The notes under the pieces: generated by a model
Seen by the model: the letters and a program-made list of their open reading frames with translations, nothing else
What the model was told of the DNA's origin: nothing
The model's database searches: none
Part shown: positions 38,205-51,269 of the stretch, piece by piece
Layout of the letters: each line of letters begins with the position of its first letter
Position numbering within the stretch: position 1 is the first letter of the stretch
Origin: Eledone cirrhosa
Taxonomy: Eukaryota
NCBI GenBank assembly: GCA_964016885.1
Contig: OZ024741.1
Span: 43,834,001 to 43,898,000 of the forward strand
Length of the DNA stretch: 64,000 nt
Reading direction: 5' to 3'
Translations under genes and position numbers: made by a program

Positions 38205-40076
38205 ATGTCTGCACTTAAACGTATACAAAATGATAAAACAATAATAATTAAACAAGCAGATAAAGGGGGTGCAGTTGTTATAATGGATGCTGAATACTAC
38301 AAGGATTTGGCTGAGGAACAACTGAAAGTCACAACATTCTATCATGAAATACAGTCAAATATAGACCACAACATCATGAAGAAGATCAACAACTTGGCTT
38401 CAAAATACCACAACTCCCTTACCGATAAGGAAAGAGACTACACCACCAATTTTGAGCCCAAACCCAGCAACCTGTATGGCCTACCGAAAGTTCATAAGTC
38501 AAAAGAAATACAACTGGCAGTAAGAGAACAAAACAGTGAGCACATTAAATTACTACACCCAAAAGACTTAAAACTTAGACCTATTATAGCTGGTCCAACA
38601 TGCCCTACCCACCGTCTAAGCAATTTTGTTGACATTATTTTGAAACCACTATGTATTCACATACCCAGTTTCATCCGGGATGATATCGACTTCCTGTCCC
38701 ATCTTCCCAAAACCACGGAAACGAGTTCACTTCTACTTAGTTTTGATGTGGTAAGCCTTTACACCAACATTACACATGATTTAGGAATAAAGGCGGTTAA
38801 ATACTGGGGGGAAAAAGATAGAGAAGTGATTCCCATCAGATTCACAGCGCCATTTTTATTAGACGCAGTTAAACTTATTCTGGAAAACAACACTTTCTTC
38901 TTCAATGGAAAGAATTGCATCCAAATTAGAGGCACAGCGATGGGAACGAAGTTTGCTCCCGTTTACGCGAACTCTGTAATGGGATACTTAGAACAACAAA
39001 TCTACCAAGAAATAGAGGAAACATATAGCACTGACTTTAGAAAGTACATTGAAAAATCTTGGAAGAGATACCTTGACGACTGTTTCATCATCTGGACAGA
39101 ATCTCTAGATACTCTGGATGAGTTCAATATCCTCCTGAATAACCTACACCAAATTAGGACCAAATTACCATTCCTACATATAGTGATAATCAAAAACGAC
39201 ACCACCATTACCACGGATATATATTATAAACACAGAGACACCCATCAATATCTGAATTTTAAGTCGTGCCATCCACCTCATACAAAACGCAACATCCTAT
39301 ACTGCCTAGCCAGAATAATGTGTACCATTGTAGAAGATACGAATACCAGGTACAAAGGCCTAACAGAAATAAGAGAATTTTTGCTCAAACTAAAATACCC
39401 ATCTCAACTTATAGAAAATGGTATACAGCGGGCTATAAAAATACCTATACAACAACTTAGGCCAACCCAAGAACTGGTCGTACCATTTATAATAACACAA
39501 AACCCATGTCACCAGAATATCTTCAACACTGCCAAAGCAAACCTACCTATCATTGCTCAAAGTTATGAATTAAAAGGCTTAATCATAGATCGATCTTTGA
39601 CTCTTAGTAAAAGACAGCCGAAAAATTTAAAGCAATTACTAACAAAAGGAAAGTTTGACCTTAACAACAAAGACCAATCATTCACTGTATCTAAATGCAA
39701 TGATAGTCGATGCAGCACATGTCAATCCATACACGCCGGTCAATGTATGAAAACAAAAACTGGAAAAATATTCCCAAATGCAAATATGAACTGCAAAAGC
39801 AGAAATCTAATTTACTGCATTAAATGCCCGAATTGTGAAGAACTATATGTCGGTCAAACTGGAAATGCACTATCGCAACGTGCACGGGTACACCGTCAGC
39901 AAATCAGAGACCCAAATGTCCGTCAGATACCCCTAAGTAACCATCTAGCAACATGTGGTCAGGGAATATTTATAATATTCCCATTCTACAAATTACACAG
40001 CCCAAGCGAAATCAAGAGAAAAATCAAAGAAAATAATGTTATTGATAAATTCAAACCTAAGCTAAATGAACAATAA
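38205..40076 (+). CDS. PLE reverse transcriptase + Cys-rich linker + GIY-YIG endonuclease (probably inactive)
   Basis: ADKGGAVV, LYGLPKVHK, RPII, FDVVSLYTNI, GTAMGT, RYLDD, CNDSRCSTC, NLIYCIKCPNC..YVGQT. Apparent small in-frame deletion after the YLDD motif. Confidence 0.9.
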   Translation: MSALKRIQNDKTIIIKQADKGGAVVIMDAEYYKDLAEEQLKVTTFYHEIQSNIDHNIMKKINNLASKYHNSLTDKERDYTTNFEPKPSNLYGLPKVHKSKEIQLAVREQNSEHIKLLHPKDLKLRPIIAGPTCPTHRLSNFVDIILKPLCIHIPSFIRDDIDFLSHLPKTTETSSLLLSFDVVSLYTNITHDLGIKAVKYWGEKDREVIPIRFTAPFLLDAVKLILENNTFFFNGKNCIQIRGTAMGTKFAPVYANSVMGYLEQQIYQEIEETYSTDFRKYIEKSWKRYLDDCFIIWTESLDTLDEFNILLNNLHQIRTKLPFLHIVIIKNDTTITTDIYYKHRDTHQYLNFKSCHPPHTKRNILYCLARIMCTIVEDTNTRYKGLTEIREFLLKLKYPSQLIENGIQRAIKIPIQQLRPTQELVVPFIITQNPCHQNIFNTAKANLPIIAQSYELKGLIIDRSLTLSKRQPKNLKQLLTKGKFDLNNKDQSFTVSKCNDSRCSTCQSIHAGQCMKTKTGKIFPNANMNCKSRNLIYCIKCPNCEELYVGQTGNALSQRARVHRQQIRDPNVRQIPLSNHLATCGQGIFIIFPFYKLHSPSEIKRKIKENNVIDKFKPKLNEQ

Positions 40077-40297
40077 TAATGCTTAGGGGTATTACTTCTA
40101 CTATGACTATGACTACGACCATGTCGACTACGACCACTAACAACAACAACAACAATAATAATAAAAATAAAAGTGATGTTGATGGTGATGATTACTAGAA
40201 AATGCTATTTTCATCATTTCTAAGAATAGCAAAACAATTGATGCTTTGGATAGGATCAATTAGTGGTCGTTAGACATGCTCAACAAACCGTGACGCC

Positions 40298-40400
40298 TAA
40301 ACCAATCAGCTTTAGTAATTCAGTGAAACTACATACCGATTGGTCGAAATACAGTTTGCAAGATTTAGCATTTTGGAGCCAGTTTTCACTGTATATAAGG
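40298..40400 (+). promoter_or_regulatory. Candidate pLTR promoter (CCAAT/ATTGG boxes + TATATAAG) upstream of the HHR
   Basis: CCAATC at ~40302, GATTGG at ~40338, TATATAAG at ~40392. Motif-only evidence. Confidence 0.35.
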
Positions 40401-40461
40401 TACACCATTTACCCATCTCATTACAGTTGAAAATTGCAAACATGACTGTCACCACACATTA

Positions 40462-40500
40462 TGAACCTGAAGATTGCGAAAGCATGAAAGTACTTGTTCA
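40462..40500 (+). ncRNA. Minimal type I hammerhead ribozyme in the PLE pLTR
   Basis: TGAAC-CTGAAGA-TTGCGAAAGCAT-GAAA-GTAC-TT-GTTCA. Confidence 0.82.
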
Positions 40501-40914
40501 ATTAACACTTAACATTTAATATTCTATCATACTATTTCATTATAATACCATTATAAATTTTAAAGGATTGTAAATAAAACGAGTAAATCAGACAAAGTTG
40601 GAATTCCTCTTATTAATATAATCTTCTATACACAATCATACACACCCGTGTATATTTATCTCTCTATCTATCTATCTCTCTCTATATATATATATATACA
40701 TATATGGCTACCCGGTGTTTTCGCCTGGCCCATTGCTACTCCCCTCACAGAATATCCGAACTTCGACGAAACTCCACGGACTAGACCATAACATGTATTG
40801 TACTGCACTGTATTAACTAAATGGCTACCCTATACTTCTGGGCATGTATAACTCACACTGAACTCCCAGACTCGAACACACACTGTTTCCACATCTATAT
40901 GCATTATCTGACTG

Positions 40915-41620
40915 CAACTTGAACTATATTGTATTTCTCCTGTGTCTTGAACTCTCCATTTAATAGACAACGACTCTTGTTTGTTTATTTATATCTTTAC
41001 GTCTTTATTTGCTGTATTAATGCTCCTCCACGTATTCTACCTCTATACATCCATGTACTTTCTACTTCCCTTATTCGGACTTTTACTCGCGTGTACCCTT
41101 AGCACACGTCACTGGAATATCTCCCCCTGGGAACATAAATACCGCAACCTGAACTATATTGTATTTCTCCTGTGTCTTGAACTCTACATTTACTAGACAA
41201 CGACTTTTGTTTGTTTATCTATATCTTCACATCTTTGTTTGCTGTATTAATGCCTTTCCACGTACTCTACCTCTATACATCCATGTACTTTTTACTCCCC
41301 TTATTCGGACTTTTACTCGCGTGCACCCTTAGCACACGACACTGGATTGCCCCCCCCCCCCCGGTAACATAAATACTGCAACCTGAACTATATTGTAATT
41401 CTCCTATGTCTTGATTTCCCCATCTTACTCCAACACCACTCTTGTTGGTTTATTTACATGTTTATACCTATATATTGATATGTTTATATATCTATACCTC
41501 TGCTGTACCAATGTGTTCTTCCACGAATTCCACTTCTATGTATCCATGTATTCCTACTCCTCACATTAGGACCTGTACCCATTAGCACACGACACTAGAA
41601 TGTCTCCTCCTGAGAACAAA
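40915..41620. repeat. ~230-bp tandem repeat, 3 copies (third diverged)
   Basis: Units start at ~40915, ~41145 and ~41379 with CAAC(T/C)TGAACTATATTGTA. Confidence 0.88.
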
Positions 41621-42800
41621 AATTAAACATTACACGACTATATCCCGTACTCTACATCCCACTAGGATAAATTACAGATCTACATAATACAATTAACCAT
41701 TCTTCATAAAAGACTCTATTTAATTAAACCCTGCAACCCAAAATCTCATAGAAGTTATTTGAATGTTTAATCTTCAATTTTCTGTTTGTTCAATTCTCAA
41801 TCTTCTTACTCCTTAGTTTTATAATGTTATTCTGAATTCTTTCAACTTCATCCGATAGAGTTAAGCAAAATTCTAAGGTTTCAACCATTACTCTTTTACT
41901 TCTCTAAGCAAAATTTTAAAGTTCCAACTTTCTGTCGGACTGTTGGGTGGGTTTTAATGGCGGCGCGACCAGCTCCCTGGCAAACGAGCTCACCTGGAGT
42001 GCTTGGAAAAATAAATTTCCCCTTCTTTCAGTAAATGAAAATACTCGGCGTAGCTTAATTCGCCATGGGGCCCGGGGCGCGGCCGGTCTTTTAACCGCCA
42101 CATAGTACCCTTAAATTACAGAACAAATCGGAACTATTATATAATAAAATGTTAAACTGTTGAACTTTAAATTTTCTAACCTCTTTAATATTGAATATTG
42201 ATTATTAATTTTTTTAACTTCATCCTAGAAGTCTAAATACTGTAACACACTGACTCCCAATATATTCACCTCTGCTAAGATGCGGGTCCCTGTGAACATT
42301 TTCTCGCGCCACTCCTGGCTTGACTGTGGTCTGACATTAATATCGACCTTTCTTCCTCTTTCTTTCTATCTTCCTTCTTATAGCCATCAACCCTTACTTT
42401 TCTACTTCTCTCTTCTCTTCCTTCTCTTCTCCCCTCTTCCTGTCTTCCTCACGCAGACTTATCTTCCTTCCCCCTCTTGCTTGCCTATATCTGACCGGTA
42501 GTAGTTGCCTTTCTTCTTTTAGCTGACATTAACCTTGGCTTCTCTTCTTCTTTCTTCCCCCTTCTTCTCTCTCCTTCCTTTCTTTCTTTCTTTTACCTTG
42601 TGTCATGAGATGGACGTTAACTTATGCTCCCATCCCTTTCTGTTTTCGTTTATCTGACCGGTAGTAGCATACTATAAACTTTAGCCACGTCACTCCAGGG
42701 CGACCGGCTGAGGTTGAAGGAACAGAATAGCGGTCGCCCTCGGGTCCTCGATTTTCAGCCCCATGGATTTTATCTATTACATTCACGTATTATATTTCGA

Positions 42801-42858
42801 ATACCTGATGATATCACCGGATTCATACGGAACCCGGTCATTGAAATGATCATAGTAT
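42801..42858 (+). ncRNA. Type I hammerhead ribozyme motif
   Basis: ATAC-CTGATGA-TATCACCGG..CCGGTCATT-GAAA-TGATCA-TA-GTAT; AATAAA follows immediately. Confidence 0.78.
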
Positions 42859-42984
42859 AATAAACCTTTCAAGGATTTACACAAATCCAGCCTCCTGTCA
42901 TTTCATTATAATATTATATATATATATACGTATATATATGCATATATACATATATATATATATATAAACACACACACACGTATA

Positions 42985-43020
<36 letters not shown>

Positions 43021-43042
43021 TGTATGTATGTATGTATGTATG

Positions 43043-43124
<82 letters not shown>

Positions 43125-43134
43125 GATATGTGTG

Positions 43135-43680
43135 TGTGTAGCCTTTGATGCATCTCGAATCGCATACGAGAAAGTAAAGCGGGATGTGAGGAAGGGCATT
43201 GCTGTTGCACTTCCAGACGGAGAGGGTCCTCCTATGGTGCTGACATGCAGCGTCTGTGCGAGACTCTGCCTAAGCAAAGCTGGTCTCGAAAGTCATCTTC
43301 GCAGTCATAAAGTAAGACCAATGGTTGACTACCAGTTGGAGATGCTACTCATCATGCTTGCCAAGTATGTGGTAGAGAATGTAAATCAGCAGGAGGTCTC
43401 AAACGACATGCAAAATTACATGAACTCCAACCACAGCCGGCTATTCCCAGTGCTAAAAAGCCAGATTCGAACGCAGTGCTGTTAGTTGCTATCGTGTGTG
43501 TGTGTAGATATGTTTATGTGTGTGCGTGTGTGTGTATATATATATATATCTGTATATTATTGTTGTTGTTGTCGTTATTATTATTGTTGTTATTATTATT
43601 ATTATTGTTATTAATATACATGTATATATTTGTTTTTCTCGTGCAATGGCCATACTCGATAACGAGGGGGCAGCCATCAT
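43135..43680 (+). mobile_element. 3' end of an RTE-like LINE encoding two C2H2 zinc fingers
   Basis: [21 protein letters not shown] and (frameshifted) CQVCGRECKSAGGLKRHAKLH. 3' stem-loop GGCCATACTCGATAACGAGGGGGCAGCC. Confidence 0.7.
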
Positions 43681-43709
43681 TTATATATATATATATATAT
43701 ATATATGAT

Positions 43710-46170
43710 GATAATAATAATAATAATAATAATAATAATGGTTTCATTTATTGCCCATAACGTCCGACATATAGGGGACAATACAATAGACGGTGACAGT
43801 GGGGGTTTAACATAAAAATCGAGTAAAATAGGAAAACAATAACAAGAAACAAGAAAAATACCACTCTGAAAGTTCCCCACTAGGGGGGGGGATAACCAAC
43901 TAGGGTTGATTCAGGTACCCCACCAATCCTGAACCACCCGACGCTTAGAGGACACCCAGGAAGGGCACCCCTTCCCTCCTCAAATTCACCAGTCTACAGG
44001 CGCATGATCAGAGTGGGCACACTCACAAGGGCCATTCTTACCACATTCAGCAAATGTACTAGGGGGCAGCACTTCTCACTCCAGCCTAACCTTCCTTTCC
44101 ATGTGAAACTTGAAAAAGTTGATGAGGGATTGGTCGAAGAGAAAATTGTCTGTCTTCAGTCCTTTCAGCCTGGTCCACCATACAGCCTCGTTCGCTACTG
44201 CCACCAGGCAGAGGAAAATTTCCCGCCCTTCCTGGCCAAAAGATGGCGGCGGGTTGATCTTCACTATGGACTCGGCCGATAGCCGGATCCATTCTACACG
44301 CAACAACAGCTGTTCGACATAACTCCTCAAGTCAGCAATGCACGGACACTGGACGAGTGCGTGCAGAAGGGTTTCTTCGCTATGCGCGCATCTCGGGCAG
44401 GTCCGTCTGACAGTACTTCCATGCCTGTAGAATTTATTTCGAAACGGCAGGGTCCCCGGCAGCACTGCCAAGCGAGGGATCTTTGGAACTTATCCATCGT
44501 CCGCGGCTCGAAAGTCCTCCGGAACAGTATTGTTATTTCGACCTCGTCGACGCCGAGAGCCTCTCCGAGTGCGTCATCGCACTTGCCCACCACAAATCCT
44601 CTATAGAACTCGAGAGTGGAAGTTCCACTGACCGCATTTTTCCCCTGGTAGAGGGCAGTGAGTGCTTGGCAATATTCCAGATGCCAGTCACTCAGTCTTG
44701 GTCTCTCTTGACTCACAGGACTGCAACGCAGTTAAAGAGATGAGCTGACAAACGGCGACCACACCTGTTCACCTTTTAGGCAGTATATCTGTAGAGTCCA
44801 CAGCCTCAGTGCAGGTCTGCGCATCATTAGCCACAGCACGCCCAGCGCTCAACGTAGAGCGCGGTGGGAGCAGATGAACCGCCTCACCAACGGAATCTGT
44901 CCCCTCCACAAGTATTTGACGGACCGATCGGATGATCTGAAATGGTTCCGAGAGGTGGCCATTAACGTTGACCACCTAGCAGATGCCGCTGGGCATTGCA
45001 GCGATCCATCTTCTGAAGACTGGGCCAAAGCCAGCTGCTGTTGAACAGCCTCCAAGTACGGATGAATTTCGGCTGAAGATATCGGCCTTTCGTATCGCTC
45101 AGCGTCGGTCGTCGAAAGGTGCGGCAAGCCCTCGAAGTAGGGACTGAAGTCCACCACCGTCTCTGACCCGCCACTTACCCCGAACAACCGAGCTAAATGC
45201 TGCCTAAAGGCCTCACACATCTACCTGGAATCGTTCAGCTCGTGTCCGTCTCAGCGCGGGTCCATCGAACAGATTTGCTTCCCTCGTTTCTAAGAGCACG
45301 CGCCTTAGCTCTGACAATGCAACCTTCGTATTTCGCATAAATGGTCTAATGCCATTCTCGCTGTTAGTACGTCAGTTGTAATGCCACTACAAATAGTCTC
45401 GTCTAACTTATCTACCACTTCCCTTTCCTTTCTCTTTTTCTCTAACGCTACTTCCTTGCTAAACACTATCGAAATTACTCTAATCTCTCTTTTGAGAGCC
45501 CCCCCCCATATGTTGTTGACGCCCCTCCTCCCTGTCAACCTTTGCTTAACTAAATTGTGGAGCCGCTCTCTGTAAGCCAGAAAAGACGTGCCGGAAACGA
45601 CATATTCAGCTTCCAGTAACCAGATCCCAATCTACACGTATTACATAGGTCGACCATACAGATCACAAACTCAGGATCTGAATAAGTTATTGTTTATAGC
45701 GTGGAGAGCCTACACTATTTTTGTCTATTTTCCTAATGAAAATCCTCTTTGTATACGATCTAGATGACCCTATGTGTTTAGTCCAAGTCAACACTGGCGC
45801 ATTAGGCAAATCTAGTCGGCACCTGCCAGAGAGTTGGAACTGGCTGATCAGGTACTTGAAGCATTTGCACCACACACACCCATACTTACAACATCCCAGC
45901 GTGCGTCTAATATGCCGTTTCAGTCACACGCTAACTGTAAAGGATGAGACATACCCAGAAAGGCTTCCAGGCGTCTAAAGAAATCCGGCTGTCCGGCCCC
46001 TGAAGATCGACCTTACGTCAAGATCCAGGCCTTTCCTAAACAGCACTGCCATCTCACCTCCCATTCCCGACTGACTAACAGATATGAAAATCTGATAGTC
46101 GTCGAACATGGGTGCTAGTGCACGCGTGTCGGAAATCCTGGTGTCGCTGACAGCAATTACATCCATTGAG
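43710..46170 (-). mobile_element. Degenerate L1/Tx1-like LINE (APE, partial RT, CCHC knuckle) with (TTA)n tail
   Basis: MDVIAVSDTR..AVLFRK (APE), VNVNGHLSEPFQI (RT), CPRCAHSEETLLHALVQCP. Many frameshifts and deletions. Confidence 0.78.
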
Positions 46171-46934
46171 CAGGCGACACCAGGATACGAACTTTTAAAC
46201 TTCCTTCTCCTAATATGGCCATATTGACAAGGTAAAAGAGGGAAGAGGGGTTACTTACCTTCTGGGGTCTTGTGAAGGTCGGGTTGTCCGACCTCTGTAG
46301 TTCGTGGGGTTGCCTTTAAAAGTTTCGATGTGGGCATACGTTCGGGGCCCCACGTCCCGAGGAAAACTCTCTCCAATTCCTTTGTAGCAATCGAGCGACA
46401 TTCGCACCAGAAACAAATCTTTTCACGCGAAATGTGTTCGATTAAAAAATCTCCCCCTTCGTGCTACGACGGCCATCAATTCCTTGTTGGCCCTTTTGAC
46501 AAGCACGATGCTTTGTATGTTTGTTGGTGCGGTTTTATTTGTTTACGTGACTATAATGGTGATGTTTCTGTTGGTGTTGTTTCGGTTGTGTCAGCGTTTG
46601 TTGTATGTATGGTATTGTTGTGTATACGGTGTCTGATGTTTGTGTGTGTATTTGTTCTTGTGAATGTTTAGGTTGTTTGTGTTTGGGGGATTCTTGTGTC
46701 GTTGATCGTGTTGATGGTGTTTGTGTGTATTCGAGTGAATGTGTTAATACATATACTTTTTATTGGTTTCAATCAACAAAGTGTCGCCACACACGGCAAC
46801 CATCATGAAGGGATTCATACGATCCTATTTACCGATATATTTTTGTTGATTTATTATACCACTAAACGTAAACAAAGTTATTGTGACACAGGTGCTCCCC
46901 CACAATGACGTTCAGATCTCTGTATCTTTCACTT

Positions 46935-47006
<72 letters not shown>

Positions 47007-47329
47007 TGTGTGTGTGTGTGTGTGAGCGTATGTATGTATATATAAGAAAAAGAAATCGAAAATGCAACAGGACTCTTTTGAAGAAGATTTATTTAATTCC
47101 TTTACCGGTTTCACAGTTCTCATGCTCTTTAAGAGGAAAATTGATATAGAGGTTTTGTTGTTTGTCTTGCAAACACAAACCCTCCATCTCAATTTCCTGT
47201 GTGAATAAATCATAGAGTTGCTAGTACATTCTGAGAATGTCATACAAAGCTCTTTCAATTTTAGTTAAACTTTCATGACCATTTCCAGTCTATGTTTTCT
47301 ATTTACTATATGCAAATGACCAAATCCAG

Positions 47330-47437
47330 CAAATGATCATCAAGCACGATTCTATTTCATGTCAGTACGGTTTTATGTGAGTGCCATTGATAAAAGAGTA
47401 ACTAATCTTGAAACAGCGCTGTGTGATATTCACAAAG
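47330..47437 (+). CDS. Candidate internal exon (unidentified host gene)
   Basis: cag|..|gtatt boundaries; open frame ANDHQARFYFMSVRFYVSAIDKRVTNLETALCDIHK; phase-compatible with 53288-53348. Confidence 0.2.
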
Positions 47438-47774
47438 GTATTAGCAATTATGTGATATATCACGGGGAAGAATAGAGAAAGATATTTTTTTTTCGTTACG
47501 AATATTTTTTACTCCTGCAGTGAGGCTACCCACATGTTTATCGATACTATAAACGAGAGTGCATGCGCGTACGCGCGTATTTGTGTATGTCTTCGAAAGT
47601 CTCCAAAAAGATGGATCTTTGAGAAAAACGGTTTACTTTTTACGAAATCTTCGTCCCGGGGAGAATGTTTTTGTTAGTTATCAAAAAATGTAATTTTTAC
47701 GAGGTATAAATCATCTTCAAGATCACCAATATAGAACATCATTAGAATCCACAACTGTCAGAATACCTCTCTCA

Positions 47775-50700
47775 CTATCTATCTATCTAGGGCGGGTAAA
47801 ATTCCCGAGGTCCATGGACGAGTTCTCTCCAGCGGTGTCTGTCCCTCATTACTGCTGCCATGTCCTGCGTCTCCAACAGACCAGTGTCTGTCCTTAGGGC
47901 ATCAACATACGTTAACCTTGGTCTTCCTCTTCCAGTGTGTCCATGCAGGGGATCCCACAGGAGCACTGAGTGCAGTGTCAACTCTGGATGTCGGTGAGCA
48001 TGTCCAGTTAACCTCAGTCTCCTCTGTGTCACTTTTGAGCTGACCTTTGGGAAGCTCCCATAGAGCTCTGAGTTTTTCATCCTCAGTTTATACTGATTAA
48101 TGTTCAGAGCCATCCTCAGCATTCTCGTGTAGCACCCATCCACCATCTGAGTGAGTTTCTTGGTCAGTGTCCAAGTCTCAGACCCGTACAGCAGCACAGA
48201 CTCCTCCACTACACCAATGAAGAGGCGGATCTTCAGGTCTCTACGAAGGTCTGACTTCCAAACCGATCTCAAACTGTGGCACGCCGCCCAGCCTTTGTTC
48301 TTCCTCACAACCACATCATCTCCCATATTCACAATCTTTGCTCTCAAATACAGGAAGTCCTCAACTAATTCCAACGGCTTCCCGCCTACATTAGTAATCC
48401 CCTCTGGCTTCTCAACATTCTCTACCAGATATTTTGTTTTAGTCATTCATTCTCAGCCCCACACACATCGACACAGTATCAACTTCCTGCATCAAATCAT
48501 CTGCTTCCTTCACTGTATCTGTCACCAAAACTATGTCGTCGGCAAATTCAGCATCCGATATCTTTTTAGCCTTAATTCTCCTGCTCTGAGCCGGTGTTAC
48601 AGTAAAGCCAGAGTCCTGGTGTTTCTCCAGTGCATGGCACATACAATAGTCCATTACGATGATAAAAAGGAAGGGAGCCAATGTATCTCCCTGCAGCACT
48701 CCCGCCAGTATCTCAAAGAACTCTGTTATCCCATCACGTGTAATGACTTGGGCTTTAGTGTTGGTGTAGAGCAGTGATATCAGGTCCACTATCTTCTTGG
48801 GGATTCCATAAGCCTGTAAGATCTTCATCAGGCAGTGACGGTCCTAAAGTCAATGAAAACCATGACCGCAGGAAGGCACTTTGCTCTAGCTCCCTCTAAT
48901 ATCCTCCTCAGCATCAGGATGTGACTGGTGGTTGATCTTCCCTCTCTGAAGCCGTTCTGGTTGTCCCTGAGCTACTTCTCCATGTCGGGCTGGATCCTGT
49001 TAAGAATCACCCTGTTGAGGGTCTTTGCCACAAGTGACGCCAGTGAGATCCCCCTGTAGTTGTTTGTGTTAGAGAGGTATCCCTTCTTTGGCACTGCGTC
49101 GACGTTACCGATCCTCCACTGATTAGGGGCAACTCCCTTCTCCAGAGCCTGGTTACAGAACCCCAGGATGATATCAAAATCACACCTCGTCATCACCTCT
49201 GATGCCACTCCATCTTCTCCATGAGCCTTGCCTTCCTTGATCTTCTTCTTGGATCTCAGAAGCTCCTCTCTGATGAAGGGCTCTGTCTCAATATCCAGTT
49301 CTTCAAACAGCCGCCTGATCTCCCCAGTTTTCCGGGCTGTGGAGAGCGGCTCTCCAAGTAGGGTCCTAAAATGGTCTAGCCATTTCCTCTTCCTATCCCC
49401 GGGCCCTGTTCCCTGTATCTGACTCGAACACCTTCTCTTCCTCCCTGTGATCTCGTTGATGATCATCCAGCTCTCCTTACCTCCAGACCTACCAACCGCT
49501 CTCTCCACACTTCTGTACTTCTCTATCAGTGCCTCCTCTCTGGCCTCAGTGTAAGTGGTACATAGTTCTTCCCTCATCACCTCCACAGTCTCCATCCTCT
49601 CCTCCGTAGGATCAATATAGAATTGGACCTTGGCAGCGTTCAGGTGTTCTCTGGCTGCACACACTTTGGGGTCTGCAGAGCTGATGTGCTTCCTCTTGTT
49701 CTTTCTCCTCGACACCAGGGTCTCACTTGCTTCCGCCACTGCATTGGTGAAGTACCCATACCTCCTCGCCACACTCTCCTCAGTCCCTCCAATCTCTCCC
49801 TCCTCTGCCTCTCCACACAGAGCACTGAACCTGTTCCTCACTTCCACTGTGAACCTTTCCTGTAGCTTATCATCTTCCTTGAAAGTTCCCCAGTCATAGA
49901 TTGCATTGTATGGTTCTGTGTTCAGAACACTATTCCGCCAGTTCTTCCTCACCAGAATGAAATCAATCTGGGACTTGGACAGGTGCATATCTGAGATGTA
50001 GGTCCACATCTTCCCCGGATTCTTCCTAAGCCTTAGGTTGGTCACTATCAAGTTCGCCTCCAGCAGGGTGTCTGTCAGCAGTCTCCCATTTCGGCTGGTG
50101 TTGTTTTGGAATTACAAGCAAGGATCTTCACTGCCCTCCTTACTCAGATGTGCATTGAAGTCCCCAGAACAAGCAGGATGGTGTGTGCTTGTGTGGTGTT
50201 GACAGCTCTACACACCTCCCCGTGGGAACTCTCCGCACTCACATCACTGTATCTTTCGGTTGGGCTAAAGGCTGAGATGACTGTCAGTCTTGGGATTCCA
50301 ATGAATGTCACTCTCAACACTCACGCGGTGACAGGCATTATTTCCCTCACCAATAGACTGGTTTTTGTGCTGAAAACAAAACCCACTCCTCCTACTGCAG
50401 CATTGGTCATGTTCTTCGCTGCCGATGTGGTGATGAGCTGGCTCATCTTCCCAATCATCACACTACTCATGGGCTCATCGTGTAGGATCCTGTATTCTTG
50501 GACTGCAAGTATACATATACCACTCTCCTCGAACAGATTACCCAACTCCTCTCTCTTCTCCAGCGTCCGAATAGCCCTCACATTCAAAGTGACCATTTTG
50601 ATGGCTCTTCTGCAGGACAAAACTGCATTCTTTATATTTGTCTCAGAGACAGTTGATCCATCATCCACTGGCCCTCCCTGTGGCTCTAAGCCAGCAGAGT

Positions 50701-50986
50701 CATAACGACCAGACTGCTCCTTGACAGTGCAGTTAGGGGCTCTAACCCTAGTGGTGTTAGATCGACTCTCCATATTTCTTTTCAATGGCTGACATTACCT
50801 TACCAGCGCCACTCGAATAAGGTAATTATTTAACCCATAAATGGGGCCGTAACAGGTACTACTACTCCGGGCCAGAGCAGACCTGATAGTTATGACAACT
50901 AAGGGGTAACTCCATATTCCCCACAGTTCCTGAACTCCCGAACGGGAGCCTTGTCACTGGATGTAGTTTAATGTCATACCCAGGAC
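47775..50986 (-). mobile_element. Near full-length RTE-clade LINE (APE + RT), frameshifted
   Basis: MVTLNVR..ILAVQE (APE), NYRGISL, GVLQGDTLAPFLF, FADDIVL, LLYGSETW, RGRPRLTY. (GATA)n tail. Confidence 0.92.
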
Positions 50987-51269
50987 ATAAACTATATATA
51001 TAAAAAAGTATCTCTCTTTACTGTACGCTTTTCCCCTCTGTATATATCTTTACCACACCCTCTCTTTCTATATCTTCTATGGTGGTGGTAGTGGCGGTGG
51101 TGGTTGCGGTAATAGTACTGGAGGTAGTAGTAGTAATATTAGTATTAGTAATATTAGTGATGCTTTCTTACATACTTTTTATAGAAACAATGTTGCAAGC
51201 TAATAAAATGTCATACCTTCAGTCAGCTGGAACTTCAGCTACATATAAGTATTTCTTTAACTGATATAT

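Larger units (their letters stand above)
37880..40660 (+). mobile_element. Near full-length Penelope-like element (probably Neptune-type) with 3' pLTR, inserted in (TA)n
   Basis: N-terminal IINLSKRDL..ILSKGLKFTPTP (stop and frameshift), then ORF 38205-40076 and a pLTR with HHR at 40462-40500. Microsatellites on both sides. Confidence 0.93.

Noticed and set aside
40915-41620. Repeat array considered as CRISPR-like
   Set aside because: Units are ~230-bp whole-length tandem copies without unique spacers; eukaryotic context and no cas genes.
48151-50705. Plus-strand ORFs of ~200 aa
   Set aside because: Antisense shadows of the minus-strand RTE ORF.
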